DNA of 63,728 nt, the filler included, from Dicyema japonicum (lineage: Eukaryota; Animalia; Dicyemida): assembly GCA_011109175.1 (NCBI GenBank). It is 10 parts of 10 records of this genome, joined end to end, with 100 filler letters (N's around TTAATTAATTAA, not from the genome) between each part and the next. Parts side by side here need not be neighbours in the genome. Positions count along the whole stretch, not along the records: positions 28,075 to 52,473 come from RDEW01000110.1; 9 more parts are not named here. The stretch is one strand, 5' to 3'. The notes under the pieces were generated by a model. The model worked only from the letters and a program-made list of their open reading frames with translations, had not been told where the DNA came from and did not search any database. Positions 36,710-50,099 of this stretch are shown in pieces. Position 1 is the first letter of the stretch. The number at the start of each line of letters is the position of its first letter. The position numbers and the translations under genes are program-made.

Positions 36710-37944
36710 TAACTAGGTCAATTAATTAATAGTTCAATATTTTATTATTTTTTATTTTATCTAAAAAATTTAATTAAAAAATAAAATTCATAAAATTTTA
36801 TATATTTCACGCGAGCCTACTGGCAGAACGTCTTGGCTCGAATCTGAAAGATTGTGTTTTAAGAAAATGTCAACTATCGTCAAACAGATTCCATTTGTGA
36901 GGCTTCGAGTTCTTCTGGCACGGCCCATTTGTTGAAAGGGATCTTCCTACCTTCTCCCTGACCAACTCCACTGGTGAAGATTACATTATGATAACTTTTC
37001 AGACTAAGAATGAATTGATGTCTGCGACGTTACGACGTGTGATTAAAATGGAAGATGGGGGACTTGCTTCTCCTATTTTCTGAAGCAGAAACCTAATTGA
37101 CTATTGCATGATAGAAATAAGATAACTTGTGAAAAGGAGGGACTTTGAATGAGACTGGTATAAAGGGTGTTTGCGAGGAAAGGGGGACTTTAATTTACTT
37201 GTGTTATTTATGTGTTCTATGGGGTACCGATTATAATGATGTGACCTTTGACCTTGATGGAGGTTCTTATTTGAAATTCTTTTAGTGAGAGCTACCTTGA
37301 TGTCTTTTCTTTCGCAGATACGGCCGGGTGGCGCAGTGCACGAGTGCCGGGCAAAATGTCTGATAACCCCTAGTACAAATCTCCTGTTGCAAATTCCGGC
37401 TAAAAGTTCGTACGATGCTTTAGCCTGACGAGTGACACCGTCATCAGTGAACATCTCACTGCGGAACCGGATCGTCCAAAAAAGACTGACAACATAAAGA
37501 AAAAAAATAAGAAAAGATCATTCCTTGGTTATCAACAAGGATTAGTTATAAATAAAAGATTGTTTTATTAAATTTATTTAGGGAAAAGAATAGTTAATTT
37601 TAATTTTAATTATTCAGTTGTTGGGAGATGCATAAGCTATTCCCACGGACAACAGCCAACGAGAATTGTTTTATTTATTAAATAATTAATTGCAATAAAT
37701 AATGAATCAAATTAAAATACTGAAATTACTTAATGCAATCAATAATGAATATTGGGAGATCGAAAATACAGTCCGACCTGTTTTTGGAAACCCAAACTGC
37801 TTGGAAAACATGGATTTTGTGGTGATTTATCATTTTCAAACTAATATGATATTTTTTATTAATAAACCCATAAATGCAAAAATTTTTAACAAAATTTTAA
37901 TTATACTTTATTTAACCACAGAAAAACTAAATATTAAATAAATA

Positions 37945-38275
37945 ACAATCAACAACTTTCCTCGCCTGTTTGCTAGCCAGCCTTATATGCAGGTTCGATT
38001 CTGGTTGCTGACAGCTCCGAAAGCGTCTTATTTAACTGAACCCTCTGCCCATATGACATCTGCGGACTTTGTCTCGTATTGTCCAGTGTCTCTTTAGGGT
38101 CCATTTTAAAACAGTGTACTGTAGATAGGCCTGGAGCTCCTTATCTATTTTTAACTGTCTTGGATAACTTTTGTAGGACTTTCCTGTAATTTTTTTAAGT
38201 CATTACAATTGGAATAACGAGGACCTTGGAACCAAGTATCTCCCTCATTTCGCTTTCAAGGAAGTCATTACAATG
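37945..38275 (-). mobile_element. R4-like element 3' end, same family as 44386-45857
   Basis: Clear nucleotide similarity to 44440-44770. Confidence 0.8.
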
Positions 38276-41200
38276 AATTTTAATGTAGTTAAACAAGAAA
38301 CCTCTGAAAATGTTCTTAACCCTCTACTATTGGAATAACGAGGACCTTGGAACCAAGTATCTCCCTCATTTCGCTTTAAAGGAAGTCATTACAATGAATT
38401 TTAATGTAGTTAAACAAGAAACCTCTGAAAATGTTCTTAACTCTTATTTTTATAGAAAAAACTGAAAATTGGGAAATTATGACCTATTTCTGTGTTGGAC
38501 TGTAGTTTCAGAGAAAATCGAGGCAAACGTTTAATGAAAAATCTAAGGTCAATAGAACTAATTAACTGTCTTATAGATTTCGAGAAAAACTTTTAGAATG
38601 AAGATACTACGTTGTTATAAGGTAGTAGTCGCCAAGGCGATTTTCTTGAAGTTCGTGATTTCTTTAGTTCTCTATGACTTCTAGATACCTACATACGCCT
38701 GCAGTATCTCTGGAAGCGTCATAACTATGTGGTATGCCTCTAGAAAGTCACAATCTTCCATTATGTAAGAAATAATCAAANNNNNNNNNNNNNNNNNNNN
38801 NNNNNNNNNNNNNNNNNNNNNNNNNNNNNNNNNNNNNNNNNNNNNNNNNNNNNNNNNNNNNNNNNNNNNNNNNNNNNNNNNNNNNNNNNNNNNNNNNNNN
38901 NNNNNNNNNNNNNNNNNNNNNNNNNNNNNNNNNNNNNNNNNNNNNNNNNNNNNNNNNNNNNNNNNNNNNNNNNNNNNNNNNNNNNNNNNNNNNNNNNNNN
39001 NNNNNNNAAAAATGAAAGAGCATGCCGCGAGTGATCGTGTCTATTGATTTGTTAATTTGGAAAATTTATGTTAATTGTCCCGTGTCTGAATACATATATA
39101 AAGTAAAAAAAGTAAATTATTTAAATTTTATTATAAAATATCCACATTGACAGTTAACTCAAAAATCAATTGTATTACATTTATGTTGGGGACTTGGAAT
39201 CCACAAAGCGCGTCTTTTGTTAATTTTTTGGAGATTTTGCGTAATCGTTGTTCTTTTATAGATTTCTTGCCCTGTGAACCTATTTTTGAGGAACTTTATG
39301 ATTCGTCACGGACTCGCATTTCTTTGGCCGACAAGTATTTGTATATATTAATAGTGTTGGCAATATAGAATATTTAAAAGAATGTTTTAATTCAGCTTAC
39401 TTCTTGACTGATAAATGGTATTATGAAAGTTCGCTGAAACTTTTCAGACACATCTTACTGGTTTTAACACTAATTTGTACATAAAAAATGTTGACTTTTT
39501 TTATGAGTCCTCGGGACACAACGTGGAATACTTAAAAATTGTATAAATTCCGCATACGACCAGACAACTAAATTCTGTTTTAAAAGTTCATTAAAATATT
39601 CAGACATATTCTACTCGTTTCAACACTAATTTGCGACTCTTCTTATGGTTTCTTCCATTCAAGACTAGAAGCCTTAAATACACGTAAATTGGGGAAAAAC
39701 CCATTTCTCTTTAAATCTTAAAGGTGATCGTCGTCGATACAGGGAAGCCATATGTACTCTGGAGGAACACAAGAAAAACCTTTCTATCCTTTTGAGGTGT
39801 ACCGGGATCACTTAATTAGCTGGTTTACTCCTTTTTTCTTGGTGTTCTCTTCTAGGGGTAATTAAATAAATAAATAATATGGATAATTGGTTGAGGTNAT
39901 ATGGATAATTGGTTGAGGTTTTCTGTTTTTATCTGTTTTTCCTTTTTTCCTCCTACTAGAGTAGTATCATTTGATCCATTTCTCTCCCCCACTCCATTTG
40001 AGGAGTTTCCATGACTCAAGTAATCGACATCTTTGACCTTTCATGCTGATTTCGGGTGGACTCTGTCTCTGTAGCTGTGGAAACTGCACACACTTAACTA
40101 GTTGTTTACTTTTAACTTATTTCTTGTGTATACGAGGTTTACAAATAAATAATAATTAAAGCATGTTGCCTCTCAAATAGAAACCGAAGACACACCGGAA
40201 AAGTTAAGGTCGACACTGAGGGAGGCAGAGATCACCTCCTTGACGATCACTTATGTTTATGTAGTGGATGTGAAAAAAGCGTTTGATTATGTTGATCATA
40301 GCTACCTGATCGAGTATCTCGTGCCTTTGTCTTTGTGGTTCATTCAATTTGTTGAAATAGTATTTCGCCGCTGCTCCTTATGCTCTGCCTCGAACCTTTG
40401 AGCAGACTCATCAATTTCCAATTCAAACAGGTGCTAAAACGGAAAGAGAATAACATAAAACAAAGGATAATGTTATACGACATCTTTATCAAATCAATCC
40501 TCAAATACAACTCTGGGACCTGGGATACCTTAAAATAGGAATTGGAGAGGCTAAACTCGTTTCACAGGAATCATCTAAGAAAAATAACTGGATTGTCCTA
40601 GCCGTCCAAAATCTCCGGAAAGGAATGTACAATATTTGTGACTGTACATCTCAAAGTCTCGATCATAAGCTCTCGTTGGAGACTCTTTGGAGACGTCCTG
40701 GGGATGGACCCGACATTCCCTCCGAATATTGTCATTGAAGATTACTACTCTTCCCATGTAAAATGCTTTTGTGGAAAACCAAGAACTGGGGATGGACCCG
40801 ACATTCCCTCCGAATATTGTCATTGAAGATTACTACTCTTCCCATGTAAAATGCTTTTGTGGAAAACCAAGAACAATTCTTCAGGTCGTTTTACAAGACG
40901 ATCTGAAAGGCACAACGAAAACATTGGCACCTGCTGATGACCTGGACACACTAAGAACAGAAAAGCCTGGAATAAGCTAACTCTATCTTTTGTTTTTTTT
41001 GCTGCACATGCGGGGCTATAAATATTATGGCTCTCGTGAAAGTGCTAATAATAATAATAATCAGATATTCATCATTTGCGAGGAGGTTTGCTGTAGTATG
41101 AATCACCTTACGTTCATTGACATGAAACTGTGCTCTCCGTCATTTGAAAATCTACAGTCCATGAGATCGACTGGAGAAGCCTGAGAGTAGCCAGACAATC

Positions 41201-43550
41201 TTATAGAACAATCAATAAATACGCCCATGAAACTGTGCTCTCCGTCATTTGAAAATCTACAGTCCATGAGATCGACTGGAGAAGCCTGAGAGTAGCCAGA
41301 CAATCTTATAGAACAATCAATAAATACGTCTTTAATTGGACTAGTAAAAATAATCTTGATAAAAGTGAAAAACAAACTTCAACAAAAATCCAAAAATGTA
41401 TACAATCTCAAGTCTTCAACAAAATTCAAAGAGTCTTTCTTGGTAATGGGTGTAATAGTGGACACCTCCAATAACCAATGGAAATATTTTTTTCTGAAAT
41501 TTAACTTGGTATGTCATATCAGCATTTTCTATCAGTTCAGGACAAAATGTAGTTGTAAACAGCATTTTTTGAAATGCTCCACATCATTTCTGCTAAAATG
41601 AATCTAACAAACGATTCACAGTTTTCCTGTGCTAAGATCCAGAGACTTATAAATTTGTCGAACATCTAAAAAAGGCGCACGGTCACATTTAAATGTTAAA
41701 TCCACTAAGGACTCTGACCTCTACTCAGGTGGTTCACATCTCGCATTTCCATTCCATTTCCTCCAAAAGAAACCTTAAATAACCAAATCACCCCAACTTG
41801 TATTCCAACTCCTATAAAGTCATTCTGTGAATTGTCGGAAAATTGAGTATTCAAAGTAGACGACACAATAAGTTTACAATTCACTTGAGTCTCCTTCAAT
41901 CCATTCTTCATGATGAGTAGTTTCTAAAATGGTGGAGAGTCTGAACATTGGATTTTTCAGTTTCCTCGAATGGGATTGTACCCAACTTTCTAACCTTTTC
42001 TAAACAGTTCTCTTTCTAGCAATTAATGCACAGGGACTCTTTTAACCAGCATTTTATGCTTAATTAATTCCCCCTTCAACGATTTCCAAACTTTGTTAAA
42101 ATGGTTCAACAATTCTGTCTCTGTAGCCTAAAATCAATATTATCTGAGACCCTGGCTCTGTTAAATTCTTTTCGAGATTCCATCAAAATCAAAACTTACA
42201 TTTTCTGATCCATTTGAGTGATTTTTTATTTTTCAGTCAGATGCCATCCAATTGGGCCTTTTTAACCATCAAATTATATTGCAAATGTGATTCCAGTTCA
42301 TTCTTCTCAATTTCCAACTCAAAAGTCTCCAAATAAACTACTTTTATCCTTCATGAAGACTCTATTCTCCTCGGAGGTTCACGTAAATAGCATTAAGTCG
42401 CTCAATCTAGCTAACATAGACTGCAGTCAACTGTGGCAATATAGAGTCGAAATCTCATAAGTGAGAAACTCAGTTCTGTTTGTCACAGCTTAGTCACCCC
42501 TCCTGGTAGATTCCACATGTTGAGTCTATTAGAGAAAATATAAAAACTTTTGTGTAAGGAAACTCACCTTGCAGAAGAGTCAAGTCAGAGTTCATTTATT
42601 CCTGAACATCCCTGACTTTAATAAACATAAAAACTTGTATTTAGAATTTTTTGCATAACAAATCCGTAATTCATCGAAACATATATTGAAAGCTTTTTCA
42701 GTCTCTCTGAGCTTGTTCTTTAATTGAGCACTGCTTTCTTGCATTTCTTTAAATTTAGTCCAAACTGTCTTTATAGATTTGCTCAGAGCATTCTTGAATC
42801 ATAAAGACCCCCCTATAATGAGTATTCTCGATCTAACTTGGTCTCCTTCAAATCATCCAGACAAAAAACCATCAAAAATCTCACGATCACAATCCATCGA
42901 GTTGTCAACTATGTGAACAACCCAAGCAACTTCGGCGGCTTATTTCGTTTAAAATTTTAGTTACCATTTGATCAGACTTGACAATGAAGTAAGAGACTAG
43001 TAATAACTCGAAGTCAAACCTCGATCAAGCAGTGACTTTTGCCTCCGACGTTTCTTTTATCGAAATACTCAAATTATTACGTCTCTTGTTCATCATATTG
43101 TAGGCAGAATAAGTCCTTTTTCAACATCAACGACGTCTGAAATCAATAATATTGTAGACATTTTCCAAAATTTGGGAATCACTGTTAGATAACATACGGT
43201 GTCCAAAAGTGAGAAATTGATCAGTCAAAAATTTAATTTTAAGTTATTCTTAATTTTTTATTTCCAACAGTTCTTCATGTTTTTCCTTTTCGAATCAAAT
43301 TTGAGTGATAACCACCGATGTATCATCCATCAGCAATATTCCAAATTCAAATCTTCTATTCACATCGTTCAAATAGGCTAGAGAGTATTTATAATTTTCA
43401 TCCCGACCTCCCTGGAAGGGACTTTATATACGATATAAATGAAGATCACTAACGCAAAGTTATACAAATTGATAGAAATCCGACGATGTTAAAAAAATAA
43501 TCAAAAGAATAAAAATAATTATTTAAATAAAAATTAAAAAATTAATAAAT

Positions 43551-44247
43551 TTATTCATCATCACTAGAATAAGAATTATGGGAGTAATCGTCATATAACT
43601 CATCCTCTGTTGGTTCGCCATCATTTGAATCGTACTCGTTAGCTTCTGGACTACTTAGTTCGTGGTCGTATTCTTTGGGGCATCTGTACTTATCATCCTC
43701 TGTTAAGAGATATCTAGTCTCTCCGCAGATTTTGCATATGAATGAACGTGACTTTTCAGCGAGTTCTCTGATTTGCTTAGTAGAATAATGGTTTTCTTCG
43801 AATATGTAGCCAGTATCAGTAAAAAGGGTAATAATAGTAAGAAGCATTGTCCTTACTATGATATCAGAATCAAATCAACTCGTCCAGGTTGGTGACCATA
43901 GTTCGGCATCACGTTCGGATCTGGAAAAGCAGATAGGTTCATTTGGTTGGTAGTGTCCATTTGGCTGATTTAGTTATAAATGACTACTGTAAGAATATAG
44001 AAATCGGGAGCTTGCATCGGGTAATTTCTAGGAATTAGTATTTTGCCGTGATAGATTCCTCCTTGAAAGTTAGTTTTTTGTGGGCCACGAATGGTAAAGT
44101 GCCACTTAAACAGATGATCTTCGCAAGGCTGAGCGTAGTACATTTCAGTTGGTTGAGATAATTCTCGCATTTCGCTTAAAAGTCGAAGTACGGCTTTTAA
44201 TAATTATAAATGTCACCAGGATCCTTGTTATTATATTCATCATTCAT
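43551..44247 (-). CDS. UBE2J1: UBE2J1-like paralogue B, no transmembrane tail
   Basis: Same three introns; PAVLRLLSEMRELSQPTEMYYAQPCEDHLFKWHFTIRGP..PNGHYQPNEPICFSRSERDAELWSPTWT..ICKICG, then an acidic tail. Confidence 0.88.
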
Positions 44248-44385
44248 TTACTATGTCAATTAATTAGATTAATATTTTATAAAAAAATCGAAGTACGGCT
44301 TTTAATAAATATAAATTTCACCAGGATCCTTGTAATTATATTTATGAATCATTTACTAGGTCAATTAATTAGTTTAATATTTTAT

Positions 44386-45857
44386 AAAAAAAAGTCCCAC
44401 TTTATTTAACAAACAATAAAAAAGTTAATATATTTAATCAACAACCTTCCTCGCCTGCCTGTTCGCCAGCCTCCTCAGGCAGGTTCGATTCTGGTTGCTG
44501 AAACAACTCCGAGAGCGCCTTGTCCAATTGAACCCTCTGCCCATATGGCATCTCAGGGCTCTGCCTCCTATACTCAAGTGTCAGGCTCTCTAGAGTCTGC
44601 TTTAACACAGTGGACTGTAGATAGGCCTGGAGCTTCCTATCTACCCCCAACTGCTTCAGATAACCCTTGTGGTACTTTGTTGCAATTCCTTCCCACGTCA
44701 TTACTATAGGAATAACGAGGACCTTGCAACCAAGCATCTGCCCCATCTCGTTTGCAAGAAAGTCATACTTCCTTTTTTTCTCCACCTCCACAGTCTGCAA
44801 ACGGTCTTGAGACGTGATGCCAACCTCTATGATAAGGACTTGGCCAGACTCCTTATTGTGTACCACAATGTCCGGTTTATTGTGCTTGACTAGCACCGAG
44901 GTACGGATAACACTGTCTACCTTAATTTGGACCCTGGTGTTCTCTACTACAGATTGCACCTTATGAGTCCGCAACTTTCTGGTGTGGCGAATATCATACT
45001 TATTGCATAGTAGAAGATGAAGACTCCTTACTACCTCGTTGTGCCTCCACACATAGTCGTGGCAGAGCATGGATCCACATCGAGTGGCTAAATGATCAAC
45101 CGACATGCTCCTTGACTTACAGTGGGGACATGTATTTGTTGATCGACCCCAAAAAATATTGCGGTCTTGCATATACGTGTACAACGCCTCCGATCGAGGT
45201 GAGTTGTCACCGTATTTTAGCCATATTGTCGACGACTTAAGGTCGACATGTGGGTTGTCCAATGCTCTGAAGAGGACCTTATGAAGGCTTTTTAAGTTGA
45301 TCTTTTCCATCAAATTATTATATTGTAATTCGATCAACGCCTTCACATTTACTAGCCCACCATCATCAACACCATACTTAGCAGACAAAAAAGGTCTGAT
45401 AGTGCCTAGGTGGGTTGCCCGTGTTTTCTCGGTCGTTATTATGGTGTGCTTCTTAGCAGACACACTTGACCCAGCTATCAGGGTGTCGTGCATTCGCATT
45501 AGGATACGCTCACTTAGTTGGACTACTCCACACAGTCCACGGCCGAATTTATCACGGGGTAAATATAGTCTCTCCTTATTGGCTGCCAGCACATGGACAT
45601 GGTTCTCTCTGAGTACTCCACGGATCATAACATCCATCTCATCATACTCTTTGGGCTCAAACTCCACAACACCTATGTAGTAGTTTAGCAGCGAGACAGC
45701 ATACTCATTTAATGCTAGGAACAAATTCCTTGCATTTAGAGACGACTTACACAATAATGCTGCTCTTTTACGGATGCCTTCAGTAATTTGTCGCTTTGTC
45801 TCAGGCATTATAAGGGACTTTGGAGATTCGGTAACACCCAGATACTTATATCCTTCG
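44386..45857 (-). mobile_element. 5'-truncated but uninterrupted R4/Dong-like retrotransposon
   Basis: 456-aa ORF with the RT thumb region, CPHC..VDHLATRC zinc knuckle and KPDIVV..IIEVGIT RLE endonuclease; flanked by a 14-bp direct repeat GTTTAATATTTTAT (44372-85, 45858-71). Confidence 0.92.
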
Positions 45858-47430
45858 GTTTAATATTTTATTATTTTTATTTAATTAAAAAATTTATCAG
45901 AAAATAGTTTATTTTATTAAAATAAAATTAATGAAATGTCATCACGAAATCTTTTTATTTTATTTTTTTAATTATATTAAATAAAAATAAAAAAAAAANG
46001 CATTATAAGGGACTTTGGAGATTCGGTAACACCCAGATACTTATATCATTCGGTTTAATATTTTATTATTTTTATTTAATTAAAAAATTTATTAGAAAAT
46101 AGTTTATTTTATTAAAATAAAATTAATGAAATGTCATCACGAAATCTATTTATTTTATTTTTTTAATTATATTAAATAAAAATAAATAAAAAAAATCACG
46201 AAATCCTTTAGATTCCTACTGGGAGACAGGATAGATTTAGTAGGCACAAAAGACTTTCTAATCTGCCTTCCTTGAATTAATTTATTGTGACTTTTGTGAT
46301 TGGGCTACAGAGGTTTAGAGTTAATTGACAAAAAAGAGAACTTCCGAAAAAAAGGGACCTGGATAAGTCTGCCACAAAGGATGGTTGTCGCGGCACAATG
46401 GAACATTTATTGATTTTTTGTTTTTATGTGTTCTCGGTGATGCCAATAATAATAATGAGACCCTTGACCTTGGTGAAGGTTTACTACTATCTCCACATTT
46501 GAAGATTCTTTTAGTTAAAGATTGACGTCTCCCATTTGAAATACTCAAATTATTATGTCTTTTACTCATCATATTGTAAGCAGAATAAGTCTTTTTTCAA
46601 TATAATACGATCTCTGAAATCATCCATCATCAATATTACAATTATTCAAATCTTCTATTCATATCATAAAAATAGAATAGAGAATTGATGATTTCATCGC
46701 GACCTGCCCCGAATGGCACTCTATATACGATATACTATGAGGATAACTAACGCAAAGTTATACAAATCGATGGAAATTTGACGATCGACATTGTGAGTGT
46801 CAATGAAATGCGAACCACTGCAGATAGAAATCTGACGAGCGACATGAAACAAGAAAAAAGCTGAGAAGCATAGAGAAGAAACTAGAAAGGCAAAATTCAC
46901 TTGAGTTCGCATGTAATAATTCCCGCGGTTTGTTACATTACTTCGTAAAGCAAGAAAACTTATTCCAAACACGACCGTTAATTCGTAGAAATCTTGTTAA
47001 GTCCTAAAGTAGGACAATCTGATTGAGCTGGTTCACAGACATTCATGACCCAAATAATCAAGAGAAGTTTGCGTTTATGTAAGAGCAGTAGCCATGTTAC
47101 AGTTTATATCCCCATTATAGATATTGTAAAATTATTCACTTCAACATAAATATTTCCCCACGTTGCAGTTTAAAAAGTAGTATTCGTACTAAGGTGATTT
47201 TCTTAAAGTTAGTGATATTTTTACTTTTTCATGACAACCGAGAATCGACATACTTCTGCAGAATCTCTGTAATCATCCTAACTTTTTGGTATGCCTCGGA
47301 AGAGTTTCTGTCTTCTTTTATGTTAGTGAAACTGGGGGAAATAATTAAAAGAACAAAAATAATTATTTAAAGAGAAATTAACAAAAAATAAATAATTTTA
47401 TTCAGCTTCTTCAATTTATTCTTTACTATA

Positions 47431-48355
47431 TTATTCATTGGAGGCATCCTTATTGAGTTCATCCTCTTTTGGGTTGTCCTCCTTAGCCTCTGCCTTAATT
47501 GGTTCGTCGTATTTTTCGAGGCATCTGTACTTATCATCCTCAGTTAAGAGATATCTAGTCTCTCCACAGATTTTGCATTTGAATGAACGTGACTTTTCGG
47601 CGAGTTCTCTGATTCTCTGAAATGTAGAATAAATGAATACTTTGCAATCTCTATTATTCTCCGCTAAAAGGGAAATAATTCCGAGCAGCATTGTCCTTAC
47701 TGTTAAATTAGAATTAAATATTTTGCATTTAAATGAACGTGACTTTTCGGCGAGTTCTCTGATTCTCTGAAATGTAGAATAAATGAATACTTTGCAATCT
47801 CTATTATTCTCCGCTAAAAGGGAAATAATTCCGAGCAGCATTGTCCTTACTGTTACATTAGAATTAAATCAACTCGTCCAGGTTGGTAACCATTCTTCAG
47901 GATGGTGATCAGAGATGGTCAAGCAGATCGAGTCATTTACTTCGAATCGTCCATTTTTCTGAATTTGGTTATAAATGACTACTGTAAGAAAAAAGATTTT
48001 CGGAGGTCGCATTGGGTAGTCACTAGGAATGACTATTTTGCCGTGATAGATTCCTCCTTGAAAGTTAGTTTTTTGTGGGCCTCGAATAGTAAAATGCCAT
48101 TCAAACAGATAATCTCCACAAGGCTGAGCGTAGTACAATTCAGTTGGTTGAGATAATTCTCGCATTTCGCTTAAAAGTTAGTTATTTGTGGGCCACGAAT
48201 CGTAAAATGCCACTTAAACAGATTATTTCCGCAAGGATGAGCGTAGTATAATTCTGTTGGTTGAGATAATTCTCGCATTTCGGTTAAAAGTCGAATTACG
48301 GCTTTTAATAAATATAAATTTCACCAGGATCTTTGTAATTATATTTATGATTCAT
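47431..48355 (-). CDS. UBE2J1: UBE2J1-like paralogue C, with internal duplications and a 5' end from a near-identical paralogue or allele
   Basis: YPMRPPKIFFLT..NGRFEVNDSICLTISDHHPEEWLPTWT is the canonical UBE2J1 active-site region; ends KCKICG..DASNE* with no hydrophobic segment. Confidence 0.8.
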
Positions 48356-50026
48356 TAATTATGTCAATTAATTAGTTTAATATTTTATTATTTTTAATGT
48401 TATCCAATTAAAAAAATAATTAAAAAATAGTTTATTTATTATAATAAAATTCATAAAATGTCATATATTCACGCGATCCTACTGCCAGAATGTAGAATCC
48501 GAAAGATGGTATTTTCAGCGAAAATCAATTCTCGCCAACAGATCATACCCGTAGACGACGAGTTTTTCTGGCACGATCTAGTTGTTGAAAATGATCTTGC
48601 ACCTTCTTCGTAGCCAAATCTATCGTTGGAGACTTTCCATTACGAAAACTCTTTATCTATGATATTGTCACGTCCTGTCGGTAAGACGTGCGCATTTTCG
48701 TCTTAAAAATTTCCTAAATCAGATTCAGTTGCATAAGATACTACATCATAAGCATTTAGATGTAATTCATATTGGTTCAAAACTAAAAATCTTGTTCTTT
48801 NTCCTGTCGGTAAGACGTGCGCATTTTCGTCTTAAAAATTTCATAAATCAGATTCAGTTGCATAAGATACTACATCATAAGCATTTATATGTAATTCAAA
48901 TTGGTTCAAAATTAAAAATCTTGTTCTTTTTCAGTTTTTTTAAATAACAATTCTTCATTCAGATGAGAGTCGAATTATCATTAAATTTTCCTCTTCTACA
49001 GTCATGTTTATATTTCTCATTTCTTAACTCATCTCATACTCTCACTTTATTTAAGAAGTAAAAACAGTTATTCTAATTGCACCAAGGCCAGGACATCGAA
49101 GGTGTTCTTAATTTCTTGTTTTTTTGTTTTGTTTGCGNTGTAATTCAAATTGGTTCAAAACTAAAAATCTTGTTCTTTTTCAGTTTTTTAGATAACAATT
49201 CTTCATTCAGATGAGAGTCGAATTATCATTAAATTCTCCTCTTCTACAGTCATGTTTATATTTCTCATTTCTTAACTCATCTCATACTCTCACTTTATTT
49301 AAGAAGTAAAAACAGTTATTCTAATTGCACCAAAGCCAGGACATCGAAGATGTTCTTAATTTCTTGTTTTTTTGTTTCGTTTGCGTTTAATTCCCTGAGA
49401 TATTCCAGATCCTCAGTAATTAATCCTAGATAACGGCGCCACTCTTCAATCCCAGAAGTCGTAGATGCGTAAAACAGATTCATTCTGAACCATCTGGATT
49501 TGGTCCGGCAGGCCTGGTGTAAACTTGTCATAAAGAATTTTGCTTAATTCACATGGGCCATTGAAATAGATTATTAAATATTACTGATTCACCAGGTTTT
49601 ACTGAAAATTTTGTTTTTAAAAGAAATAATTAGCGATTGTTCGAGATCCTCAGCCTCAATTACTCTTCGCATTGAGTCGTTATTAATTAAAATAGTTTTT
49701 AGTGATTCGAAAAATTCTCGGCACTCAGAATATGCTTTAATCTACATAGAAGAGTACAACAATCTCAGCCCTAACTACATAGAGAATTTATTGGCAAAAC
49801 AAACCTGTAACTAATTAAGCTGGGAGACAACAACGAATTTGTTTTNAGTCGTTATTAATTAAAATAGTTTTTAGTGATTCGAAAAATTCTCGGCACTCAG
49901 AATATGCTTTAATCTACATAGAAGAGTACAACAATCTCAGCCCTAACTACATAGAGAATTTATTGGCAAAACAAACCTGTTACTAATTAAGCTGGGAGAC
50001 AACAACGAATTTGTTTTAGTCCGATT

Positions 50027-50099
50027 GGTCACGTGGCTTAATGGATCAGGAACATGGCTTCGAACCAGACGATTGTGTGTTCGAGTTCCACCGTAGTCG
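50027..50099 (+). tRNA. tRNA-Arg(UCG)-derived pseudogene
   Basis: GGTCACGTGGCTTAATGGATCAGG..GGCTTCGAACC..GTTCGAGTTCCACCGTAGTCG follows the eukaryotic Arg-TCG pattern, but the acceptor, anticodon and T stems carry several mismatches. Confidence 0.6.
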
